From Bacillota bacterium (GTDB lineage Bacteria; Bacillota; Clostridia; Clostridiales; Clostridiaceae): 29,619 nucleotides of DNA. Positions 7,262-17,118 of the stretch are shown here, in pieces. Below the pieces are notes generated by a model, which saw only the letters and a program-made list of their open reading frames with translations, was not told the DNA's origin and searched no databases. Within the stretch, counting starts at the first letter, position 1, and every line of letters begins with the position of its first letter. The translations under genes and the position numbers were made by a program. The stretch lies in assembly GCA_030706065.1 (NCBI GenBank), contig JAUZPH010000001.1, positions 1-29,619 on the forward strand, read 5' to 3'.

Positions 7262-10117
7262 ATGAAGAAAAAAAGGTTTTTCTCGAGGTATACTGCACTG
7301 GTTATAGTGATGCTTATGATATTTTCCTTTATGGGATACAGGCTGTCGGATATTCAAATTGTTAATGCGGATTACTACATGGACAGGTCCAATAATCAGG
7401 CTGTAAGGCAGATATCTCTGGCTGCCCCGAGAGGAAAGATTATTGACAAGAACAATGTGGTTCTAGCTGACGACAAGCAGAGCTATAATCTGGTCTATAT
7501 GGAGACTAATGAGGGAAAGGAGAATTTCTTTGATACCTTTCAGGAGGTATTCAGAATCCTTGACAGCAGTGTGAGAAAAAATTCTGATGGTACCGAGAGC
7601 AGGGATCAGCTTCTGGATGAACTGGAGCTCAAAGTCAATCCGTACAGATTTGAATTCAACAGCAGTGCCAATGATACCGAAACGAAAAAAACTCTGGAAC
7701 TCCTGTTTAAAAGGAACAGGGGACTCAACGATGTAGTAAGACAAAGGCTTTATAAAAACAAGACAGAGGCCGAGCTTACAGAAACTGAAAAGGCGAAGGT
7801 CAGCGAGGAACTCCTTAAAATAACCCCGGAGGAAGTCTTTGACTATCTTGTGGTGAAATATGACCTGTGGAAGATGCTGAATCTGGGTGAGGAAGAATCT
7901 GCCGAGCTTTTTGCAAAAAGAAGAAAAGGTGAAATAACAGATAAGGATATAACAAAGATGGTACTTGATAAATTTCCACCTGAGCTTGTTAGAAAGTACC
8001 TGGTTGTTAAGGATGCAATATATCTCCAGAACTTTTCCAGTTATAAGCCTGTTACAATAGCGGCAAATATCGATAAGCAGTCGGCATTTTTATTTGAGCA
8101 GGTGAAAAATAACCTGCCCGGAATCGATATATCCCTTCTTCCAATTAGAACCTATCCTTACGGTCAGTTAGGGTCGAATTTTATAGGATACATATCCAAG
8201 ATTAGTGCTGCAAGCAAGGAGAAATATGAGGAGAGGGGCTATGACGTAAGTACTGACTATATTGGCACTGCCGGGCTGGAGAGTGCTTTTGAGGATAGGC
8301 TCCGAGGGTCAAAAGGCGGCACCACTGTAAGGATTAATAAGGAAGGAAGACAGACAGAAGAATTATTCAGCCTTGAACCCTATCCGGGGCAGAATATGAT
8401 TCTCACCATAGACAGCAAGCTGCAGTCCATTGCTGAACGTGCTCTTCAGGATAAAATGACGGAACTGCAGACAACGAACAGGCTTCATAGAGAAGGCTCC
8501 GGTATAATGGATACCGGTAATGCCACCAGGGGGGCTGCAGTGGTTATCGATGTAAATACCGGAGGAGTGATTGCAATGGCAAGTCTACCGGGCTATGATC
8601 CAAATCTCTTCTCTACTCCGGGGAGGATGACACCTGAGCTCAGCGCGCAGTTTTTTAGCCCGGATCTGGAGAACTTCGGTAAGCAGTATATACAGAGGAT
8701 GGGGCTTGACAAATATGGAACGACGATAGACAAGCTATTTCCGGTGGATTCAATGGATAACAGTAAGGCTGTAAGAAAGGATGAGTCTAATATTTATCCC
8801 AAACCATTCACCAATTATGCCACATACCCTGTCCCTCCGGGATCAACGTTTAAGCCCCTTACCTCAGTTGCAGTCCTTGAAGAAGGAATAGTTACTCCGG
8901 AGAGCAGGATAAAGGACCTGGTACATTTTTCTCTACCGGGGGGTACACAAACCTGGGCCTGTTCATCGGCATATGGACATGGATTGGTGGATATAAGGAC
9001 TGCCCTTGAAAAGTCATGTAACTATTTCTTCTATCAGTCCGGATATGATTTATATAAGAAGGAAGGCCTTGACTGCCTGGCGAAATATGCCTGGAAGTTC
9101 GGATTGGGCACGGACCCTAATTCCAATGCAAAGCAATCCACTGGACTGGAGATATCGGAAGGCTTCGGAAATGTATACAGCAATGCATATAATAAAAACC
9201 AGTGGGCTTTTTATTCAAAAATCTATATCGCTCAGAAGCTGAATGCCGGAAGCTATACTGCAGGTACCAATGCAACAGTAAGGTATACACCTTTGGATAT
9301 CAGTACAAACAAAAAGGACAGCGATGAACTGGCAGCTGCAAAGGAAGCATTAAAATCCAAGGTTGTACAGTATATTCAGGGTGATTATGATATGAATAAT
9401 TCATTCTCCATATATATGAAGATGAAAAACGATCTGATTCCCTTGTTCAAGAACATCATAAATGCCATGCCTGAGGATCAAAAAGGGAAATATAAGAAGG
9501 ACGATCCTCAAAATATGGCAGAGGCTATATCTACCTATGTTACATTTGATATGATCACTCAGATTACCACGCCAGGTAACATTCTCAATGCCTCAATTGG
9601 ACAGGGGATGGATAATTTTACACCGGTTCAGTTGGCAAACTATATAGCAACCCTGGTGAATGGAGGAAACAGATATAGTGTGCATCTTGTTGACAAGTTT
9701 GAGGATGCTGACGGAAAGGTTGTAGAGGAATTAAAGCCTCAGATAGTAGATAAGATAAATCTTAAAAAGAGTACCGTAGATACTATCAAGCAGGGTATGA
9801 GCCTGGTTACCGATGAGGACGGTACTGCAGGAAAAACATTTGTGAACTTTCCAATACCTACTGGAGGAAAAACCGGTTCTGCTACATTTAAGGAAAATGG
9901 AGTTCAGGAAGCTGTGGGAAGAACCTCCTATGGAGTGTATGTTGGCTTTGCACCCTATGACAAACCGGAGATTGCAGTATGCGTAGTGATTTTCGATGCC
10001 GGCCATGGCGGTTATGTGGCAGACGTTGCAAGAGCAATATATGAGGGATATTTCAGAGATCAGCTGAAGCAGGATCCCAAATTTGTACCAAACTTCAGTT
10101 ATACATTAAATCCATAA
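7262..10117 (+). CDS. mrdA: Class B penicillin-binding protein 2, copy 1
   Basis: N-terminal TM, PRGKIID dimerisation motif, S528-TFK, S585-CN and K870-TG catalytic motifs; follows mreBCD. Confidence 0.93.
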   Translation: MKKKRFFSRYTALVIVMLMIFSFMGYRLSDIQIVNADYYMDRSNNQAVRQISLAAPRGKIIDKNNVVLADDKQSYNLVYMETNEGKENFFDTFQEVFRILDSSVRKNSDGTESRDQLLDELELKVNPYRFEFNSSANDTETKKTLELLFKRNRGLNDVVRQRLYKNKTEAELTETEKAKVSEELLKITPEEVFDYLVVKYDLWKMLNLGEEESAELFAKRRKGEITDKDITKMVLDKFPPELVRKYLVVKDAIYLQNFSSYKPVTIAANIDKQSAFLFEQVKNNLPGIDISLLPIRTYPYGQLGSNFIGYISKISAASKEKYEERGYDVSTDYIGTAGLESAFEDRLRGSKGGTTVRINKEGRQTEELFSLEPYPGQNMILTIDSKLQSIAERALQDKMTELQTTNRLHREGSGIMDTGNATRGAAVVIDVNTGGVIAMASLPGYDPNLFSTPGRMTPELSAQFFSPDLENFGKQYIQRMGLDKYGTTIDKLFPVDSMDNSKAVRKDESNIYPKPFTNYATYPVPPGSTFKPLTSVAVLEEGIVTPESRIKDLVHFSLPGGTQTWACSSAYGHGLVDIRTALEKSCNYFFYQSGYDLYKKEGLDCLAKYAWKFGLGTDPNSNAKQSTGLEISEGFGNVYSNAYNKNQWAFYSKIYIAQKLNAGSYTAGTNATVRYTPLDISTNKKDSDELAAAKEALKSKVVQYIQGDYDMNNSFSIYMKMKNDLIPLFKNIINAMPEDQKGKYKKDDPQNMAEAISTYVTFDMITQITTPGNILNASIGQGMDNFTPVQLANYIATLVNGGNRYSVHLVDKFEDADGKVVEELKPQIVDKINLKKSTVDTIKQGMSLVTDEDGTAGKTFVNFPIPTGGKTGSATFKENGVQEAVGRTSYGVYVGFAPYDKPEIAVCVVIFDAGHGGYVADVARAIYEGYFRDQLKQDPKFVPNFSYTLNP

Positions 10118-10138
10118 AAGAGGAAATAATAATCAATG

Positions 10139-10175
10139 GCAGTTTGCATTATATAATGTAAGCTGCTATTTTATT
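10139..10175 (+). terminator. Terminator-like hairpin between the two PBP2 genes
   Basis: GCAGTTTGCATT / AATGTAAGCTGC stem (two G-U pairs) followed by TATTTTATT. Confidence 0.6.
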
Positions 10176-10284
10176 ACTTGTGTTCCGGTCCGAATTATTG
10201 GAGAAGCATCAGTGAGGGAAGGCAGCGGAACCTGGGATTGGTAATGATGCCGGTTAAAGTTTATTTATCAAGGTGGTGTGTGTT

Positions 10285-13137
10285 ATGAAGAAAAAGAGGT
10301 TTTTCAACAGATATGCGGCGCTTACTATTGGAATGTTGATGTTATTTTCCTTTATGGGGTACAGATTATCGGATATTCAGATTATAAATGCAGACTACTT
10401 CACAGATAGGGCTAATACAAAGGCAATAAGACAAATTGCGGAATATGCACCAAGAGGAAAGATAATTGACAAAAACGGAGTGGTTTTGGCGGAAAACATA
10501 CAAAGCTATAATCTGATCTACATGGAAACAGATGAAGGAAAAGAGAAGTTCTTCGGCACTTTTCAGGAGGTATTCAAAATTCTTGACAGGTGCAAAAGAA
10601 AAAATGATGATGGTACCGAAAGCCGAGAACAGCCCTTTGACGAACTGGAGCTCAAAGTCAATCCTTACAGATTCGAGTTCAGCTGCAGAGGAGACGACAC
10701 TGAGACAAGAACGGCTATGGAAATACTTTTTAAAAAGAACCGGGGACTGGATGATGTTGTAAGGCAGAAGCTTTTCAAGGATAGGACGGAGGCGGAGCTG
10801 ACAGAGGAGGAAAAGGCTGTCTTTAACAAGGAACTTCTTAAGATATCCCCTGAAGAAGTGTTTAATTATCTCACTGTAAAATACGACCTGTGGAAGCTTT
10901 TGGGGATGAGCCAGGGTGAGGCCAGAAATCTGTTTATAAGAAAGACAAAGGGAGAGATTACGGACAAAGAGATAACAGAAATGGTGCTGAAAAAGTATCC
11001 ACCTGAATTTTTAAGAAAGTTTATGCTTGTAAAGGACGCCATATATCTGCAGAGCTTTTCCGGGTATAAGCCTGTAACCGTGGCTGCCAATATCGACAAG
11101 CGGACGGCTTTTCTCTTTGAACAGGTAAAAAGCAATCTGCCGGGTATAGATATATCCCTTCGGCCAATAAGATGTTATCCCAAGCATGAGCTTGGCTCTA
11201 ATTTTATAGGGTACATATCAAAAATCAATGCTGCCAGCAGGAGTAAATATGAAGAGAGAGGATACGACATAAGTACGGATTATATAGGTACAGCAGGGTT
11301 GGAGAGTGCGTTCGAAGACAGGCTTAAGGGTTCCAAAGGCGGGGTCACTGTAAGAATAAACAAGGAAGGAAGAAAAACCGAGGAACTTTTCCGTTTGGAC
11401 CCATATCCCGGGCAGGATATGATTCTGACCATCGACAGCAAACTCCAGGCAGTGATGGAAAGGGCATTGAACGAAAGGATGCAGGCGCTCCAAGCCGAAG
11501 CCGGACGACTGCATAAGGAAGGCAGCAGCATTATGGATACAGGTAATGCCACTAGAGGTGCAGCAGTGGTCATTGATGTGAATACCGGAGGAATACTGGC
11601 CATGGCAAGTCTTCCGGGCTATGATCCCAATGATTTTACAATTCCGGGCAAGCTTACAACCGAATTAAGAGATAAGTACTTCTACCCGGATTACGAGGCC
11701 TTTGCCAGGAAATATATCAAAAGGATGAAAATAAATAAATCTGTGGATGAACTGTTTTCGGTGGACTCCGTTGTAAACGGCAAGGTAATAAGAAAGGATA
11801 AATTCGATATATATCCAAAGCCCTTCTACAATTATGCCACTTTTTCTCAGATGCCTGCAGGGTCTGCTTTTAAACCCCTCACGGCAATAGCAGGTCTTGA
11901 AGAAGGGGTCATTACACCGGGGAGGAGGGATGTAATACATGACAGGGTGCAGTTTACCGTACCAGGTGTCAGCAACGTATGGTCCTGCTACTCCAAATAC
12001 GGCCATGGCGATGTTGATATTAGGAAGGCCCTGGAGGTGTCCTGCAACTATTATTTTTATGAGGTTGGCAACAGATTATACAATAAGAACGGACTGGATA
12101 GCTTGGCCAAGTATGCCTGGAGATTCGGCCTGGGTGTTGATCCGAATTCAAAGGCTAAGAAATCCACCGGTATTGAGATATCAGAAAACTTCGGCCAGGT
12201 ATTCAACTATAAATCAATGAAGGCAGACTATGCTTTCTATTCAAAACATACAATTCGCGACCTCCTTGTTTCAGGTGAATATCACGGCTGTAACGGCGGA
12301 GGAGATGTATACTTCACACCTGTCGATATAACTGAAAACAGGCAGGATTCCGATGCCCTTGCATCGGCAAAGGCGGCTGTAAAAGCAAAAGTGAGGGAGT
12401 ATATACTGGCAGACAGGAAAAATGCCTATGCCAGCCTGAAAAAGGAGCTCATACCTCTTTTCACAAACCTGATCAATGCAGAACCTGAAAATATAAAGGT
12501 TAAATATAAGAAGAGTGACCCTGCAAATATGGCTGAAGTAACGGCAGATACCGTAGTATATGATATACTAATTCAGGTGAATACTCCGGGAAATATATAC
12601 AATGCCGCTATAGGGCAGGGTGAAGACAGCTTCAATCCGGTGCAGCTGGCTAATTATATCGCAACCTTTGTTAACGGGGGAACAAGATACAGCGTTCATC
12701 TCGTTGATAAGTTTATTGACCATACCGGAGATGTTGTACAGCAATATAAACCTGTGGCCCTTGATAAGATTGACCTTAAGAAGGATACAATTGCTGCAGT
12801 CAAGGAAGGCATGAAAAAGGTTACCGATGAAAATGGTACTGCAGCAGATTCCTTTGTGGGCTTTCCTGAAGAGATAGGCAGCGGCGGAAAAACCGGCTCA
12901 GCAACTTTTAAGGAAAATGGAGTTCAGGAGTCTGTGGGAAGAACCTCCTATGGATTATATGTAGGCTTTGCTCCCTATGACAAGCCCGAGATAGCGGTCT
13001 GTGTCGTAATTTTCGACGCCGGCCACGGTGGATTTGTTTCCGATGTAGCCAGGGCAGTCTATGAGGCCTATTTCAGGGATAGGTTGAAAGCAATGCCAGG
13101 ATTTGTTCCTAAATTCACCTATACCCTTAATCCTTGA
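10285..13137 (+). CDS. mrdA: Class B penicillin-binding protein 2, copy 2
   Basis: Start set at ATG 10285 (MKKKRFF, matching copy 1; RBS AAGGTGG). SAFK, SCN and KTG motifs intact; collinear with copy 1. Confidence 0.92.
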   Translation: MKKKRFFNRYAALTIGMLMLFSFMGYRLSDIQIINADYFTDRANTKAIRQIAEYAPRGKIIDKNGVVLAENIQSYNLIYMETDEGKEKFFGTFQEVFKILDRCKRKNDDGTESREQPFDELELKVNPYRFEFSCRGDDTETRTAMEILFKKNRGLDDVVRQKLFKDRTEAELTEEEKAVFNKELLKISPEEVFNYLTVKYDLWKLLGMSQGEARNLFIRKTKGEITDKEITEMVLKKYPPEFLRKFMLVKDAIYLQSFSGYKPVTVAANIDKRTAFLFEQVKSNLPGIDISLRPIRCYPKHELGSNFIGYISKINAASRSKYEERGYDISTDYIGTAGLESAFEDRLKGSKGGVTVRINKEGRKTEELFRLDPYPGQDMILTIDSKLQAVMERALNERMQALQAEAGRLHKEGSSIMDTGNATRGAAVVIDVNTGGILAMASLPGYDPNDFTIPGKLTTELRDKYFYPDYEAFARKYIKRMKINKSVDELFSVDSVVNGKVIRKDKFDIYPKPFYNYATFSQMPAGSAFKPLTAIAGLEEGVITPGRRDVIHDRVQFTVPGVSNVWSCYSKYGHGDVDIRKALEVSCNYYFYEVGNRLYNKNGLDSLAKYAWRFGLGVDPNSKAKKSTGIEISENFGQVFNYKSMKADYAFYSKHTIRDLLVSGEYHGCNGGGDVYFTPVDITENRQDSDALASAKAAVKAKVREYILADRKNAYASLKKELIPLFTNLINAEPENIKVKYKKSDPANMAEVTADTVVYDILIQVNTPGNIYNAAIGQGEDSFNPVQLANYIATFVNGGTRYSVHLVDKFIDHTGDVVQQYKPVALDKIDLKKDTIAAVKEGMKKVTDENGTAADSFVGFPEEIGSGGKTGSATFKENGVQESVGRTSYGLYVGFAPYDKPEIAVCVVIFDAGHGGFVSDVARAVYEAYFRDRLKAMPGFVPKFTYTLNP

Positions 13138-13161
13138 AAATGTTAAGTATATGAGGAAATA

Positions 13162-13216
13162 AAAGAACCAGTCATAAGGTAACACAGCCCAGAGACTGGT
13201 TCTTTGTATTCTTTTT
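13162..13216 (+). terminator. Intrinsic terminator after mrdA copy 2
   Basis: 12-bp perfect stem AAAGAACCAGTC / GACTGGTTCTTT with a 20-nt loop and a T-rich tail. Confidence 0.65.
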
Positions 13217-13390
13217 AAAGTGGAAATCAATGTGTGATATGTTTGAGGTAAGGATATATGTTATTTTCTGGGGTATTAAGCTTTTAAAAGGACGAACGAT
13301 ATATAAATGACAGAGAAATATAATATCTTTTGGGTGATGCGGAATTTATGACAGATTTTTTGGCGAGATTATAAATTTATTAAAAAACAA

Positions 13391-13420
13391 GAAGGAATTT
13401 AATCAACGTTTGTTGAAATT
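13391..13420 (+). promoter_or_regulatory. Possible SigH-type promoter for minCDE
   Basis: GAAGGAATTT-N11-GTTGAAAT resembles the SigH consensus AGGAWWT..RNNGAAT; a SigH promoter for minCD is known in B. subtilis. Confidence 0.4.
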
Positions 13421-13458
13421 ATAATCTGTGCTTATTGTTCATTTTGGAGGTTTTTTCT

Positions 13459-14088
13459 ATGGAGGACAGGATACTCATCAAAGGTAACAGAGAAGGTTTG
13501 AATGCTGTAATTAATATGGATAAATTCAATAATTTTGACGATATGCTGGAAGCATTAATCGAAAAGCTGTCCAGGGGGAAAAAGTTTTATAAGGGCTCCA
13601 CTCTGAAGGTTACAACGGATTTAAAAAGAATCGGGGAAGAAGAGGCGGGCAAATTAAAAACCTTGTTACTGGAGGACTTCCAAATTAGTAACTGCATTTT
13701 TGAAGAGGCAGAGGAAAAAAACTCAAAGGATTTTAATGGAGTATATGAAGGAAGAACGAAGTTCATAAGGAAAACTGTAAGAGGTGGACAGAGGATAGAA
13801 TATCCGGGAAATCTCGTAATAATTGGAGATGTCAATCCCGGATCGGAGATTCATGCTGCAGGCAATGTAATAGTGCTGGGAAGCCTTAAAGGATATGTAC
13901 ATGCGGGTATGGGAGGCAATGACAAGGCAATAGTAGCAGCTTTTACCCTGCAGCCGGAGATACTTCAGATCTGCAGCCTGGTTACCCGGTCGCCGGAGGA
14001 TAATCAGAAGCCTTCATATCCGGAAGTTGCAAGAATAAAAGATGGTTCCATCATTGTGGAGCCATATCTACCAAATAAATTTATTTAA
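13459..14088 (+). CDS. minC: Septum site-determining protein MinC
   Basis: ATG 13459 after GGAGG; [21 protein letters not shown] motif. Confidence 0.95.
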   Translation: MEDRILIKGNREGLNAVINMDKFNNFDDMLEALIEKLSRGKKFYKGSTLKVTTDLKRIGEEEAGKLKTLLLEDFQISNCIFEEAEEKNSKDFNGVYEGRTKFIRKTVRGGQRIEYPGNLVIIGDVNPGSEIHAAGNVIVLGSLKGYVHAGMGGNDKAIVAAFTLQPEILQICSLVTRSPEDNQKPSYPEVARIKDGSIIVEPYLPNKFI

Positions 14089-14104
14089 ATACGGAGGTAT
14101 AGAA

Positions 14105-14905
14105 ATGGGAGAAGCTATTGTAATCACATCCGGTAAAGGAGGAGTGGGAAAAACCACTACTACTGCCAATTTAGGTACGGCTCTGGCATCTATGGGAAAG
14201 AAAGTAGTTGTTATAGATGGAGATACCGGTTTAAGGAATCTTGATGTCCTTATGGGACTTGAGAATAGAATAATTTTCACACTTATTGATGTCATTGAGG
14301 GCAGATGCAGGCTCAAGCAGGCAATGATAAAGGATAAGAGGCTGAGCAACCTGTTCCTGCTGCCTACTGCCCAGACCAGGGATAAAAACGATATTAAAGC
14401 TGAGGATATGCTGAAGCTTGTAGAGGAACTCAAAGAGGATTTTGACTATGTCCTCATTGACTGCCCGGCAGGTATTGAACAGGGTTTTGAAAATGCAGTG
14501 ATAGGAGCAGACAGAGCCGTTGTTGTAGTAAACCCGGAGGTTACCTCTGTAAGGGATGCCGACAGGGTAATCGGAAAGTTGGATGCTAAAGGTATAGAGG
14601 ACCATGGACTGCTTATAAACAGGCTGAATATAGATATGGTTAAAAACGGAGATATGCTTAATATCAATGATATAATAGAAACTTTATCCATAAAGCTTAT
14701 CGGAGTGGTACCGGATGACAGAAATATAACTATTTCTACAAACAAGGGAGAACCTATTGTCCTTGATAACAAAGCATCATCAGGACAGGCTTTTAAAAAT
14801 ATTGCCAGGAGAATCACAGGAGAAGAAGTTCCTCTTATGAATTTAGAAGGCGAAGGCGGCGGGTTGCTAAGTGCCTTTAAGAAGTTTTTTAAAATAGGGG
14901 GTTAG
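14105..14905 (+). CDS. minD: Septum site-determining ATPase MinD
   Basis: ATG 14105 after GGAGGT; deviant Walker A GKGGVGKTT, DCPAG motif, amphipathic C-terminus. Confidence 0.97.
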   Translation: MGEAIVITSGKGGVGKTTTTANLGTALASMGKKVVVIDGDTGLRNLDVLMGLENRIIFTLIDVIEGRCRLKQAMIKDKRLSNLFLLPTAQTRDKNDIKAEDMLKLVEELKEDFDYVLIDCPAGIEQGFENAVIGADRAVVVVNPEVTSVRDADRVIGKLDAKGIEDHGLLINRLNIDMVKNGDMLNINDIIETLSIKLIGVVPDDRNITISTNKGEPIVLDNKASSGQAFKNIARRITGEEVPLMNLEGEGGGLLSAFKKFFKIGG

Positions 14906-14911
14906 AGTTTA

Positions 14912-15184
14912 ATGGATATATTGAAAATGCTCGGAATTAACAAAACTCCATCTAAAGAAGTTGCAAAGGACAGATTAAGGCTTATTTTGATACATGACAG
15001 GTCTGCCATACCTCCGGAACTCATGGATGTCATCAGAGAAGAAATACTGGCGGTTATCTCCAAGTATCTGGAGATTGACAGTTCGGATGTTGAAATAGCA
15101 CTGACCAGAACCAACGACGATGCAGGAAATCTACCGGCCCTTGTAGCAAATATACCAATAAAGAAAGCCAGGATTGACAGGTAA
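14912..15184 (+). CDS. minE: Cell-division topological specificity factor MinE
   Basis: SKEVAKDRLRLILIHDR and LVANIPIK motifs. Confidence 0.96.
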   Translation: MDILKMLGINKTPSKEVAKDRLRLILIHDRSAIPPELMDVIREEILAVISKYLEIDSSDVEIALTRTNDDAGNLPALVANIPIKKARIDR

Positions 15185-15201
15185 ATAGGGAACTGTAAGA
15201 A

Positions 15202-15238
15202 AGTTGTGTATATCTTCTGCATATACATAGCTTTTTTT
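15202..15238 (+). terminator. Intrinsic terminator after minE
   Basis: AGTTGTGTATAT / ATATACATAGCT stem followed by a T run. Confidence 0.8.
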
Positions 15239-15279
15239 ATACATAGCTGTTATAATCTATAAATGAAGTTGTTTATCCA

Positions 15280-15324
15280 TAGATATCCTTACTTGTTTAA
15301 ATTGTAGTTGAAGTTGGGTATCTA
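15280..15324 (-). repeat. Internally deleted repeat, subfamily 2, copy F
   Basis: 15279-15292 equals the reverse complement of 19250-19263 (14/14). 15299-15323 matches the reverse complement of 19105-19129 (24/25). The core hairpin is absent and the copy is flanked by CA/CA. Confidence 0.8.
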
Positions 15325-15342
15325 CATAGCGGAGGTAGAAAA

Positions 15343-16470
15343 ATGATAAACAAGCTTGGTATAGATAGAAAATTACTGAGATATTTTGATTTTGGCATAG
15401 TACTTATCACAGTAATAATAGTATTTTTTGGATGTGCCAATATATACGATGCGACAGTTAACAAATATGGAACTTCTTTTGTAAGGCTTCAGATGATGTG
15501 GCTTGCTGTGGGCCTTGTTGTTGTATTTGTTATGACAAGGATAGATTACACCTTTTTTTCCAGTTATGCACCACTTATATATTGGGCGGGGGTTTTGCTT
15601 CTCGTATACAATGACCTCACAAGCAAGGCCGTAAAAGGCGCATCGGCGTGGATAAGCATAGGAAGCAGAGCCATACAGCCCTCCGAATTTGCCAAGCTTG
15701 GCATGATTATAATGCTGGCGAAGAAATTGGAGGACATGGAGGGAAATATAAATAATGTCAAGAACTTTTTCATCCTGGTCTTTTATGCTCTGGTACCGAT
15801 GGCCTTGATTGTCATACAACCGGATATGGGGATGACCATGGTGTGTTTCTTTATAGTACTTGGGATATTCTTTATCGCCGGACTGGATTTAAGGGTTATA
15901 TTCGTAGGTTTGACATCCTTGGTTGGTTTGGTGGCAGTAATCTGGAATTCAGGTATTCTGCCGGCCTATATGAAGAAAAGACTTACAATATTTTTGAATC
16001 CTGAATCCGATGAATTGGGATTTGGACTACAGCTTATACAATCTCAAATAGGTATTGGCTCCGGCAATATTTTCGGAATAGGGGCAAAATTTGGAGCTAA
16101 TGCCGGGTCAGGGTTTGTTTCCAATTATGTTCCAGAGGCCCATACGGACTTCATATTTTCCATGGTAGGAGAAAAGTGGGGGTATATAGGAACCGTCGGA
16201 TTATTGCTGCTGTACAGTTTTCTGTTATACAGGATAATGAGAATTGGAAAAAGAAGCAAGGACCTGTTTGGAACGATAATATGCGTTGGAGTTTTCTCAT
16301 CTTTTTTATTTTCTATAGTTGAAAATATTGGGATGACTATAGGTATAATGCCCATAACCGGAATTACCCTTCCTTTTATGAGTTACGGAGGGAGTTCCAT
16401 GCTGACAAACTTTATGGCAATAGGTTTGGTGATAAATATCGGTATGAGGAAGAAGAAAATAATATTTTAA
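15343..16470 (+). CDS. rodA: SEDS peptidoglycan glycosyltransferase RodA
   Basis: IQPSEFAK, QPDMG, VPEAHTDFIF and LPFMSYGGSS motifs; lies in the mre/min cluster. Confidence 0.95.
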   Translation: MINKLGIDRKLLRYFDFGIVLITVIIVFFGCANIYDATVNKYGTSFVRLQMMWLAVGLVVVFVMTRIDYTFFSSYAPLIYWAGVLLLVYNDLTSKAVKGASAWISIGSRAIQPSEFAKLGMIIMLAKKLEDMEGNINNVKNFFILVFYALVPMALIVIQPDMGMTMVCFFIVLGIFFIAGLDLRVIFVGLTSLVGLVAVIWNSGILPAYMKKRLTIFLNPESDELGFGLQLIQSQIGIGSGNIFGIGAKFGANAGSGFVSNYVPEAHTDFIFSMVGEKWGYIGTVGLLLLYSFLLYRIMRIGKRSKDLFGTIICVGVFSSFLFSIVENIGMTIGIMPITGITLPFMSYGGSSMLTNFMAIGLVINIGMRKKKIIF

Positions 16471-16540
16471 CGTACTTTAGATAGTAAAATTTTAATTGGA
16501 TTTTTACTTTATATGTAAAACAAATTTGGGGGATGAATAA

Positions 16541-16909
16541 ATGAGGATTGCACTGATTGCACATGACAAAAAGAAGGATGATATGATCGATTTTATAAAA
16601 AGATATAAGGATGTGTTTGAACAGCACGAACTGTTCGGTACCGGCACCACGGGAAGGCTTATTACGGAAATAGTTGGCCTGAAGGTTCACCGTTTTCTAT
16701 CCGGCCCCCTGGGAGGAGATCAGCAGATAGGCGGAAAGCTTGCAGAAGGAGAGATTGACTTCGTAATATTCCTGCGGGATCCACTTACGGCACAGCCTCA
16801 CGAACCTGATGTAACGGCCCTGCTCAGGTTGTGTGACGTTCACTGCATACCTCTGGCGACCAATATGGGTTCTGCCGAGGTAGCCGTAAAGGCCCTGAAA
16901 TCAAGATAA
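16541..16909 (+). CDS. mgsA: Methylglyoxal synthase
   Basis: [21 protein letters not shown] and QPHEPDV motifs. Confidence 0.97.
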   Translation: MRIALIAHDKKKDDMIDFIKRYKDVFEQHELFGTGTTGRLITEIVGLKVHRFLSGPLGGDQQIGGKLAEGEIDFVIFLRDPLTAQPHEPDVTALLRLCDVHCIPLATNMGSAEVAVKALKSR

Positions 16910-16917
16910 TTATCGAG

Positions 16918-16942
16918 AGACTGCAGAAGTGCAGTCTTTTTT
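16918..16942 (+). terminator. Intrinsic terminator after mgsA
   Basis: AGACTGCA-GAAG-TGCAGTCT followed by Ts. Confidence 0.88.
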
Positions 16943-17118
16943 GTGTAAAATTTCAGAATATCTGAAACCTCGAAAACATGGGAAGCGTCTTCATAAAGTG
17001 TTAAAAACCAAAGGGTAAAGCATAATTGATGTAACTGGGTAATATATATAGATGTGTGGAGACTACAGATTCAACGGTAAAAATACACTATGATATAGAG
17101 AAATTACGGGGGAGTAAG

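Noticed and set aside
13336-13378. GATGCGGAATTTA and GATTTTT..GGCGA..GATT..ATAAATTT resembling pieces of repeat subfamily 1
   Set aside because: It aligns only with several gaps in AT-rich DNA and has no core hairpin. It could be a very old remnant but cannot be supported by eye.
16943-16967. CodY-like box AAATTTCAGAATATC and GTGTAAAATTTC shared with the copy D insert
   Set aside because: Three mismatches to the AATTTTCWGAAAATT consensus in AT-rich DNA; not distinguishable from background.
17047-17063. TATAGATGTG identical to the left terminus of copy A
   Set aside because: An isolated 10-mer with no partner arm or core.
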